In this document: positions 17,974 through 26,664 of the stretch, piece after piece | How the letters are laid out: each line of letters starts with the position of its first letter | Position numbering within the stretch: the stretch's first letter is position 1 | NCBI GenBank assembly: GCA_030606485.1 | Contig: JAUWGH010000006.1 | Location: 210,001 to 242,000 of the forward strand | Direction of reading: 5' to 3' | DNA: 32,000 bases | DNA from: Promethearchaeota archaeon | GTDB taxonomy: Archaea > Asgardarchaeota > Lokiarchaeia > Sigyniarchaeales > SOKP01 | Translations under genes and position numbers: made by a program | The notes under the pieces: generated by a model | The model's database searches: none | What the model saw: only the letters and a program-made list of their open reading frames with translations | What the model was told of the DNA's origin: nothing

Positions 17974-18210
17974 TTATTTTAATTTTGTAATTATTTTCTC
18001 CCAATTAAAATATTGATTTAGATTTTTTAATCCTTCAATAATCAAATCTACTATTTTAAACATAGGCATTTTTACTGCCCATCCATATTCATCAAATAAG
18101 TATAAAGAAAGTTCTCAAAAGAGCATTTTACGTGTTTCTCTTCGATACATGCCTATAAATGCACCTCCAACGATTTCACTTGTTCCAGAATCATCAATTT
18201 CTATAGTCAT
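17974..18210 (-). pseudogene. N-terminal remnant of an uncharacterised RNase H-like protein
   Basis: MTIEIDDSGTSEIVGGAFIGMYRRETRKMLF, then in-frame TGA (18115-18117). The IDDxG..xxG start resembles RNase H-fold strand 1. Not in the ORF track. Confidence 0.45.
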
Positions 18211-18262
18211 TTAACTCCCTTATACTTAAAAAGTTGTTCAATCATTTAAATCTTTTCTTAAA

Positions 18263-18556
18263 AATGCCAAGTCAACACTTCAAGAATTTTGCCAAAAACA
18301 TCAATTTGACACTCCAAAATATCAAGAAATTAAAAAAGTAGGTCCTGAACATAAACCCATATTCACAGTAGAAGTTATCATAAGACCTGATAGTAATAAA
18401 ATTGGTTTCGAAAATGTTTTTAACACTTACATAATTGATAATTCTTTTGTGAGTTCGACTGGAAAGGGAAGATCAAAAAAGATAGCTGAAATGAAGGCTG
18501 CTGAAACTATGTTTGATATTATTAGTTTATTATCTACTTCGGAAATGATGTCATAA
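18263..18556 (+). pseudogene. double-stranded RNA-binding domain (dsRBD), no in-frame start codon
   Basis: NAKSTLQEFCQKHQFDTPKYQEIKKVGPEHKPIFTVEV...GKGRSKKIAEMKAAETM is a textbook dsRBD. The frame is open from 18230 with no ATG/GTG/TTG before the domain; ATG 18264 is one base out of frame. Confidence 0.85.
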
Positions 18557-18744
18557 TAATTGAACGGCGCCAAATTAAAGGTTTTAAGATTGTAAGCAGC
18601 GATAAAAACTATCTCCCAGTTATGAAAATTGCAAGCCATAAAAATATAAAATCTTACATCTTAGGCGTCAAACAATCCGAAATCTACCAAAAGTATGGTA
18701 TTAAAGATATTAAATTTCGTGGAATCCTACGATACCTCAAATGA
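18526..18744 (+). pseudogene. C-terminal half of a second, divergent NYN/PIN-like protein
   Basis: IVSSDKNYLPVMKIASHKNIKSYILG resembles the NYN xSGDxDFxPxx...helix-strand-G segment; overlaps the dsRBD 3' end in another frame. Confidence 0.45.
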
Positions 18745-19005
18745 TACACTATTTTGAGAAGATTTTTTACTTTCAAAGACTTCTATTCTATAGAGATTCC
18801 AAGTTTCTCCAATAAAGGAATAAAGCATTTTTTATACGAATCTTTAAACCGTAAATTAATTTTTATGTTTTTTATTTAAATAGATTTAATTGATTATTCC
18901 ATAAATACAATTTTAAAATTATAATATAGGAGTTGGATTTAAAAAATTAAATCTAAAATAAAGAATGAAATAGAAATTCAGCAAAAATTTGAACAAGAAA
19001 AATTA

Positions 19006-19185
19006 ATGGAAAAATATTCCAATATATTAGATGAAATACCAAAAAAATGCAAAGAATGTAATAGTGAAAAAATAGAATATTGGGATGAAACAGAGGAAGA
19101 GATAATTTTTAGATGCTTGAATTGTAAAATCTTTTATACTTTTTCATTAAATAGGGAAAAATTATTAATCTTTTTTAAATATTAG
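19006..19185 (+). CDS. small zinc-ribbon protein (59 aa)
   Basis: CKEC...CLNC; below the ORF-track cutoff. The frame is open from 18943, and a GGAG-TTG at 18933 is one base out of frame across an A6 run. Confidence 0.55.
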   Translation: MEKYSNILDEIPKKCKECNSEKIEYWDETEEEIIFRCLNCKIFYTFSLNREKLLIFFKY

Positions 19186-19464
19186 ATAGAAATGTCTTCT
19201 TAAACTTTTTAGAGAAAATCGAAATTGAATGATATCTTTTTTTTTAACCATAAAAAAATTAATATTTTTATCACTTTCATCTAAAATATTTATATTTTTA
19301 GTAATCATATCAATAAATTGGAAAATAACTAATATATAGGATAAAAATTTAAAAATTGGTGAGATAAAATTAGTATTTTTTTAAAAGCAGATGATATTCT
19401 CACAAAATCAAGAGAATCCAAATACAACTTTTCTTTTAAATCAAAATTACAAGTATTTGAGCAA

Positions 19465-20277
19465 GTGACTGCAACAACTAGAAATAGAAAACCTTATCTT
19501 ATTTTAACTTTAAGGGATGCGACCAATAATTTAAGAAATGTTAAAAAATGGCTCTCTGATGAAAAAGAATTAGAAGATCAACGAAAATTGTTTGAGATTG
19601 GTAATGTTTTAGAAATAGAAGCCAAATTTGAGGTAAATTATAAAAGTGTAATTATTAATAATGCGAGAATATTAAGTTCTAATGAATTTAATTTGGACGA
19701 ATTTGTTATTTTACCAAAAATTGACGAACGAGAATTGTTAAAATGCTTAAATGAGACTATATCGAAAATAAGAAATGAATTGTTAAAGGAATTATTAGAT
19801 AAAATATTTAGTGATAAAGATATCAAAACCAAATTTATAGAATGCCCCTCTTCTGTGAAAAAACACCATCCATATAAATTTGGTAATTTAGAGCATACAA
19901 TTGGAATGATTAAAATATTTGAAAATTTAGAAGCATTTTATAATAGAAGCACAAATCTTGATGTTGATCTAATTTATACTGGAATTATTTTGCACGATAT
20001 AGGCAAAATATATGAATATTATATTTATAATGGTATTCCAAAAATTAATGCTGAATATTCATTAATTGGACATCTAGTTCTGGGAGATCAACTGGTTTCA
20101 AAATTTATAACTGATATTGAAAAATTTCCTAAAGATTTAGAAAATAGAATACGACATCTAATTTTGAGTCATCATGGAAGAAAGGAATGGAGATCTCCAG
20201 TAGAACCACAATTTCCTGAAGCCGAAATTTTGCATTATTTAGATATGATAGATTCGAGATTTAAATTAAACCCTTAA
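19465..20277 (+). CDS. YhaM/Cbf1-like OB-fold + HD-domain 3'-5' exonuclease
   Basis: KPYLILTLRDAT (OB), HHPY..GNLEHT, ILHDIGK, and ILSHHG..EW.SPVEP...EAEILHYLDMIDS. The frame is open from 19363. Confidence 0.85.
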   Translation: MTATTRNRKPYLILTLRDATNNLRNVKKWLSDEKELEDQRKLFEIGNVLEIEAKFEVNYKSVIINNARILSSNEFNLDEFVILPKIDERELLKCLNETISKIRNELLKELLDKIFSDKDIKTKFIECPSSVKKHHPYKFGNLEHTIGMIKIFENLEAFYNRSTNLDVDLIYTGIILHDIGKIYEYYIYNGIPKINAEYSLIGHLVLGDQLVSKFITDIEKFPKDLENRIRHLILSHHGRKEWRSPVEPQFPEAEILHYLDMIDSRFKLNP

Positions 20278-20338
20278 TTTTCACTTAAAGTTTCAAATAA
20301 TTTTAAAAAAATATAACATTATTTTTAAAAATAAAAAA

Positions 20339-20650
20339 GTGATAAATATAAAGATTTTTCCAAGAAAATATAAAGATAATAAGAATTGTAAAGATTGTGC
20401 ATTTCTTGAGGAAAAAAGTAAAGATTTGAAAGTTCTTGATGAACCAAATAAAGTTGCAATTATTTGTACTATAAAAAATGATATACCAAAAAATAATTAT
20501 TGTCGCCATTTTAAAAATAGAGTAGAATTATTTAAACCTGAGAAAAGATTAAAATATTATACTTTACTGAGAGAAAGAATTTATTCAGCGATATCTCTAG
20601 TTTTTAGCGGAATAGCAATTACTATTAGTATTTTTGCAATTTTTTTTTAG
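20339..20650 (+). CDS. hypothetical Cys-containing protein with C-terminal membrane anchor
   Basis: CKDC, two further Cys, and a hydrophobic tail ISLVFSGIAITISIFAIFF. Confidence 0.5.
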   Translation: MINIKIFPRKYKDNKNCKDCAFLEEKSKDLKVLDEPNKVAIICTIKNDIPKNNYCRHFKNRVELFKPEKRLKYYTLLRERIYSAISLVFSGIAITISIFAIFF

Positions 20651-21360
20651 TTGATATAAATCTAAATTTCTGATTGTTGATATATTACAGGTTATTATTT
20701 ATGGAATTATTCAAATTTTCACATCTATGATTGGAGATGGCTTGAATAACAATTTTTGAGAGACTGATTCATGTTTTTTATCATTCAATTGACCTTAGTG
20801 AAGAGGGAATTTATGAAGCTGGCGAATGGGCTACCGTAAATAATACCAAGTGATATCACTTCCAACCCTGGGATTTCAAAATAAATGAAATTAGATTTGG
20901 CGAAGATAGAGAGGTTTCAATTAAAGTTTCAATCGAATGGAAAGTCACTGAAAGGAACGATCCCTTAGGAAAGCCGCTACTAGACCTGAAATTAAAAACA
21001 ACCATTAAATTTTCCTAGCATGGAGCAAAAGCTAAATTAAATCAAGCTATTATCAATTATATTCTCAACGCAGAGGGAACAAGTAAAGAAATACCAATTA
21101 AGGGGAAAGATACAATGGAAAATCAAATGCATAATAGAAATATTTTAATTTAAACTTAAAATTGAACTTAAAAAACTCAAAATTACCAATATTATTTGAA
21201 TTTATTCCTATCTCGTTTTAAAATAGAATAAAATTTATGATTCATACATAGATTATAAAATATAAATAGAGTATTAAAGGAAAAATTTTTATAAATTTTA
21301 ATCTAAATTATTTGTGAACATCTAATAAATTATAAATTGAAAAAATTTGGAGGAGAGCAT

Positions 21361-21894
21361 ATGTCAAAAAGGCATAAAGTATTTTTAAGCTATCATCATG
21401 AAAATGATGAAAAATACAAAATTTTATTTGAAAAAATGTTTGGAAATGTTTATATTTCCAAAGCTGTTGAGCTCGGCGATATTGATCCTTATTTAAACAC
21501 AGAAACCATCCGACGTAAGATTAGAGATGAATTTCTAAGAGATTCCACCGTTACCGTAGTTCTTGTAGGTAGCGAGACTTGGAAAAGAAAACATGTTGAT
21601 TGGGAAATCTCATCAAGTATTCGAGACACTCAATATAATCCTAGATCTGGACTTCTAGGCATTATTCTACCAACGCATCTCGATTATCATAGAGAAAAAT
21701 ATGATCCATACACAATACCACCCCGATTATATGACAATATCAAGTGTGATTATGCAAAAATCTATGATTGGACCAATAATTCTAATTATATTCAAGAATG
21801 GATTCATGAAGCTTTTAAAAGAAAAGACCAAATAAATCCGAATAATGCACAAACATTGTTCAAAAATAATCGTTCTGGCAATAGATGGCAATAA
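21361..21894 (+). CDS. TIR domain protein, ThsB/DUF1863 (MTH538)-like
   Basis: KVFLSYHH, IRRKIRDEFLRDSTVTVVLVG and KHVDWEI (catalytic Glu position); GGAG precedes ATG 21361. Confidence 0.88.
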   Translation: MSKRHKVFLSYHHENDEKYKILFEKMFGNVYISKAVELGDIDPYLNTETIRRKIRDEFLRDSTVTVVLVGSETWKRKHVDWEISSSIRDTQYNPRSGLLGIILPTHLDYHREKYDPYTIPPRLYDNIKCDYAKIYDWTNNSNYIQEWIHEAFKRKDQINPNNAQTLFKNNRSGNRWQ

Positions 21895-21915
21895 ATTTTT
21901 AAAGTATCAAAAAAA

Positions 21916-23976
21916 ATGACAGTTAAATTTATTCCTTATAAACCTCGTCTTCAAGTTTATATCCTGGTGCACCCGGACTCGGATTTTAAATTAGATTTAC
22001 CAAATAACATTTACTCTTTTTTAACAAGAGATATTAAGGATCCACTATCTAGAGGATTAGGAATTCCTGTCTTTTTTTGGAACCCATTTCAAAAATCAGA
22101 TAATAAAATTTTCAATTCAATCGACTTTAATAACGCACACCATACTGTTGTTATTTCATTGATTGACTATAAAATGGTTAATGATTCTGATTGGAGTGAA
22201 TATATTAATCAAATATGGAATCGAATTAAAAATAATTATGTCCAACATCGTTTAATCCCAGTTGCTCTCGATAATACTGCATTAAATATTGATGGAGAAG
22301 TACAAAAGGCTAATTTTTTACAATTTTTTAAATTTCCCGAAGATAAACGTATCCAACTATTAAGAATCCAATTAACTCATGAATTATGTCGACTTCTTAA
22401 GGGTGATTTAGATCCAAATCTTTTTAACAAACTCTCATTACCAATTAATTTGTTTCTTAGTCATGCAAAAATAGATGGAGAATCTCATATAATAAAGGTA
22501 CGAGATTTCATCAATAAAGAAACATCAATAAATTCATTTTTTTACGCAATTGATATTCCACCTGGATTAGAATTTGAACGGATAATTGAAGAAAATATTG
22601 CAAATGCGTGCTTGTTGATATTTCAAACCGATAAATTTGCATCAAGAGAATGGTGTAGGCGAGAAGTTTTAATTGCAAAAAAAAAAAAATGTCCTATAAT
22701 TGTTATTAACTGTTTAGTTGATGGTGTAGATAGAAGTTTTCCCTACATGGGGAATGTTCCTATAATTCGTTGGAATATAGAAGATAAGAATAGAATAATT
22801 GATATTTTAACTCTTGCACTTCAAGAAATGCTTCGTTATTTGTATAATGCCCAACATCTCAAAGATTTTTACAATGTTTGGAAAATTTCTGATAAAAATT
22901 TAAAATGTTTTCGCGCTCCCGAAATATTAACTTGTATTCAATTTTTAAATGATAATCAAATTAAAAGTAATAATATTTTTATATACCCAGATCCACCTTT
23001 GGGTATAGAAGAACATATCTTACTTAAAAAAACTTTAACAAATGTACAATTTATGACGCCCACTCAATTTATAAAAAAAAAAATTAGCAAGATAACCAAC
23101 CAAAAATCGCGTAAAATAATTGGTTTGTCAATATCAAAAAGTCCTGAATTACCAAGGAAAGGGTTAGCGCCCCATCATTTAACTGATGCAATGGTAGAAT
23201 TTACTCGTTATGTACTTGCATCTAAAACTTCAATTGCTTATGGAGGGGATCTTAGAGAAAATGGTTTTACAAAAATCCTTTTTGATTTGGCTAGAAAACA
23301 CACTAAATCAGATGAGGAACCAAGAACCCGTATTTTAAATTTCTTATCTTGGCCTTATTATAGGAAATTGTCCGAAAAAGATCAAGCAGAGTTAATTCGT
23401 GTGGCAGATATTAAAAAAATAGACCTTCCGGATGATCTTAAAAAATTTTCTGAAAAAGAAATAGATGTTCAAAAACCAGAAGATAAATACTTAGTAGCTC
23501 GCGCCCTTACGAAGATGAGGAGTGAAATGAATAAATTTATTGATTGCAGGATATTTTTTGGGGGTAATACAACGGAATTTCAAGGTAAATATCCAGGGTT
23601 AATAGAAGAAGCTTATCTTACCTTGAAAGCAAAAAAACCTATTTATTTAATTGGTTCTTTTGGTGGTGCTTCTCATGCTATTATTGAAGCTATAAAAGGT
23701 GAAATACCAGAAATTTTAACAATCGAAAAACATCTACAAAAATCGGATTATAAAGCATTTGTTGAATATTATAATCAAAAAGTATTGCAAAATTCAAGTA
23801 TTATAGAAGAGATTATTGATTATGACAAAATATTAAAATTTTTTCATAAAATTGGAATAGATGGATTGAAAAATGGTTTGACAGAAGCTGAGAATTATCA
23901 ACTTTTTAAAACGCCCTATATATTCGAGATGATTTCATTAGTTTTAAAAGGTCTTTCAAGAATCAAAATTATATAG
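21916..23976 (+). CDS. TIR domain + C-terminal SLOG domain fusion protein
   Basis: Central TIR (LFLSHAKIDG, SREWCRREV); C-terminal SLOG-like region (IAYGGDLR..GFT, RIFFGG, GKYPGLIEEA, KKPIYLIGSFGGAS); N-terminal Rossmann-like region unassigned. Confidence 0.78.
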   Translation: MTVKFIPYKPRLQVYILVHPDSDFKLDLPNNIYSFLTRDIKDPLSRGLGIPVFFWNPFQKSDNKIFNSIDFNNAHHTVVISLIDYKMVNDSDWSEYINQIWNRIKNNYVQHRLIPVALDNTALNIDGEVQKANFLQFFKFPEDKRIQLLRIQLTHELCRLLKGDLDPNLFNKLSLPINLFLSHAKIDGESHIIKVRDFINKETSINSFFYAIDIPPGLEFERIIEENIANACLLIFQTDKFASREWCRREVLIAKKKKCPIIVINCLVDGVDRSFPYMGNVPIIRWNIEDKNRIIDILTLALQEMLRYLYNAQHLKDFYNVWKISDKNLKCFRAPEILTCIQFLNDNQIKSNNIFIYPDPPLGIEEHILLKKTLTNVQFMTPTQFIKKKISKITNQKSRKIIGLSISKSPELPRKGLAPHHLTDAMVEFTRYVLASKTSIAYGGDLRENGFTKILFDLARKHTKSDEEPRTRILNFLSWPYYRKLSEKDQAELIRVADIKKIDLPDDLKKFSEKEIDVQKPEDKYLVARALTKMRSEMNKFIDCRIFFGGNTTEFQGKYPGLIEEAYLTLKAKKPIYLIGSFGGASHAIIEAIKGEIPEILTIEKHLQKSDYKAFVEYYNQKVLQNSSIIEEIIDYDKILKFFHKIGIDGLKNGLTEAENYQLFKTPYIFEMISLVLKGLSRIKII

Positions 23977-24179
23977 TTAAAACAAATTATTTTTTTATAT
24001 CAAAAAACCTAAAAGATTTATTAATAATTAACCGATTTTTTTTAATATTTTAAAAAAATAAATTAATTTAAGATTTCAAGATTCTTCCTTATTTTTTTAA
24101 AGTCATATTCTTTATTTTTTAAATATTCATTTTAACCTTAATGTAAAAGATTTAAATAGAAATACGGATAATATTAAAT

Positions 24180-24628
24180 ATGGCAAGAATTTTTCTGTGT
24201 CATCCAAATAGAGAAGCATATGCTACAAGTACTGCTCACAGCTTTGCTCACTATATTCGAGAACATTCAAGATTTGGTGTTTGGTTAGATACAGAACATT
24301 TTCCTAAAGTCAAATAACTAGTGAAAATCAAATTAGACAGATTTTACGTAAAGGACTAAATCAATGCAACATTTTTTTGAGTCTATACTTTCCAAGTACA
24401 TCATTATCTCGTTCAAGAAGTGATATTTGGTATGAAGATGAGCAAAATATGGCGTTTCATCGTGGAATGCCAATTATTCAAACATATCTTGAAGGTGCTC
24501 GATCAACCCCTTCTGAAAGATCTTATCGTAAAAGATATAAATTTCATTATTCCCATTATCAAAAATGGAAAGCAGATTTATTGAATAAAATAAGAGAAGT
24601 TGCACGTTTAAATAATATTTCCTATTAA
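24180..24628 (+). pseudogene. third TIR domain gene interrupted by a single frameshift
   Basis: MARIFLCHP...FGVWLDTEHFPK is in one frame and SQITSENQIRQILRKGLNQCNIFLSLYFP...IWYEDEQNMAFHRGMPII in another. Adding one A at cctaaagtc (24303-24311) gives a ~149-aa TIR. Confidence 0.75.
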
Positions 24629-24731
24629 AAAATAAAATTTATTAATAAAATATCAATGCAAAATAGATTTCATAAGAAATTTTATTAATTTTCTCTAAAT
24701 TCTAATTTATGATTTAAATTCATCAATCTTT

Positions 24732-25886
24732 CTATGGGAAAATGATATATATTGAAATTAAAATCATAATAACAACAAGTATAAATGCAAGGATAATATT
24801 AATTTTAAATTTCTTAAATTGGCGATTAACTTCATTTAAACCTAACTTTTCTAAAAGTAAATGATAATTCTTTTCATTAGCAGCTTTCTTTGCATTGTTT
24901 TTTCCAATATTCTCAAGCACTAATGAAAGTACTTCATAATTGATTAACCTCTTATAATTTAGATTTTTTAATAAATCTAAAAAAATTTCAAATGCTTCTT
25001 GATAATGTTGTATTTTTGCTAAGTTTAAAGCTAATAGGTGTCGAAATTCTAAATCATTAACTTGATCTATTGCTTTTTTACATAATATTATCCCTTCTTC
25101 ATAATTTTTTTCATAGTAAGCAATTTCAGCCATTTTTAACATTATCTTAGGATCCTTATCAAAATAAATTAGTTGCTTCTTCCGGAAAAAGTACTCTTCA
25201 TGAAGCTTTATATTTTTTCTTAAAAGTTTTAAAATATAATCTGAAAGTTCCCAATTTTGACTATCTTGTAATCTTTGAAATTTTTTATTAATTATATTTT
25301 TATTTTCTTTTATATCATTATAAATTGCAGATATTCGTGCTTCTAAAATATTTTTGATAATTTTAAATTCTTTAGTCGAGAATTGTTTAGAACTAGGTAA
25401 TCTTAAATCAACTTTTGGAATAATCAATTTAATCAAGCCAATAAAAAAAGAACTAACAATGAGTCCAACTAAAAAACTCCCAGGATATGTAGAACATGGT
25501 GAACCTAATAATGAAATTGCACATATTGTTATATCTGGAACAAATTGATTTAAAATACTCCCCAAAATTAAAATTAATGTTCCTAACATCTCATATGATT
25601 TAACCAACTCTGGTGAAATTTTTTTATTAATATCAAGGTAATAAAATATTGGCGGGATTATGAAGAAAGCCGCTAATATTATAAATATCCAAAAACCTAA
25701 ATTAAATAAATAATTCAAAGAGGAATTAGGTATAAATAACAGACTTTTAAATAAAAATATAACAAATGAAATAATATATAATAATTTTGAAATTGTTGGT
25801 TCAATTTTTCTAATATATTTACTGAATTTTATTTGGTTAGTATCAATATCTTGTATATTATTTATCGATTTATTTTTACCTTTCAT
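24732..25886 (-). CDS. membrane protein with TPR-like repeats
   Basis: About four N-terminal TM segments, TPR-like AEIAYYEKNYEEGIILCKKAI / ALNLAKIQHYQEAFEIF, and a C-terminal TM helix. Confidence 0.6.
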   Translation of the reverse strand: MKGKNKSINNIQDIDTNQIKFSKYIRKIEPTISKLLYIISFVIFLFKSLLFIPNSSLNYLFNLGFWIFIILAAFFIIPPIFYYLDINKKISPELVKSYEMLGTLILILGSILNQFVPDITICAISLLGSPCSTYPGSFLVGLIVSSFFIGLIKLIIPKVDLRLPSSKQFSTKEFKIIKNILEARISAIYNDIKENKNIINKKFQRLQDSQNWELSDYILKLLRKNIKLHEEYFFRKKQLIYFDKDPKIMLKMAEIAYYEKNYEEGIILCKKAIDQVNDLEFRHLLALNLAKIQHYQEAFEIFLDLLKNLNYKRLINYEVLSLVLENIGKNNAKKAANEKNYHLLLEKLGLNEVNRQFKKFKINIILAFILVVIMILISIYIIFP

Positions 25887-26160
25887 AACTTAAATACCTT
25901 AATTTAAAATTAAATCCTAATTCAAGAATTTTTCATATCAATTTTTATGAGTAATATAAACATAATTGCATATTAATAATATACAATATACAAGAAAAAT
26001 CACAAAAAATAAAATTTAAAATAAAAATTAATCCTTTTTTCAGTCCTGAATGATAGAATTTTTTTGATTGAAATTTTGATAGCGAGAATAAGATTATATA
26101 TAATTATATATTTTTTTATATTCATAGTTAGTTAATTTTTCTATTAAATCTACGAATTCA

Positions 26161-26478
26161 TCAGGAAAATGGAAAATCAGAAATTGTAATGGAACCATCC
26201 TTTTCAATGTAAAAAGTAATTTGATGACCTAAATGAAATAAATTTGAATTCATAAAGATTCCTCCATTATCCTTTAGAAAATTGAAATTTTTTCTTTTTA
26301 TTCCTACTTTTTTATACAATTCTGGTTTCTTCTGGCGTGATTCTACTATTACTAACTTCTTCTCCAAATCTTTAGTTTCTTCCAAGCAAGTTGGTCCTTC
26401 TCCATTTTTAACATCAATTGGGAGTGTATTACTTTCATCAATAACAAATTCTATTTCCTTTTTAACCATCATTGCCAC
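26161..26478 (-). pseudogene. DUF2997-like protein read through into the start of a truncated downstream gene
   Basis: IEFVID...GEGPTCLEETKDLE...KKPELY resembles DUF2997; an internal GGAGG-ATG at 26253 starts a 30-codon stub. Confidence 0.5.
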
Positions 26479-26664
26479 TTCCTTACGACTATTTAAGTTT
26501 TTTAAAAAAGACCTTATATATTAAAAGAGTTATTATACTATATACAATTAGAAAATATAATCTTATTTGGTATTAAAGGTAAATATATAAGTCAATATTT
26601 GAAATTATTTAAATTAGGATATCATTTATTTTCATATAATATAATATTCGGGGGTTTATTTTAA

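Noticed and set aside
18427-18639. 70-aa minus-strand ORF
   Set aside because: Antisense shadow of the dsRBD and NYN-like remnants on the plus strand.
20700-21130. Slightly GC-richer intergenic stretch before the TIR cluster, possibly a gene remnant or ncRNA
   Set aside because: Stops interrupt the frames examined and no convincing fold or motif was found by eye.
21361-23976. Calling the TIR locus canonical Thoeris (thsA/thsB)
   Set aside because: No SIR2 or TM-Macro domain is present, so gene symbols were withheld.
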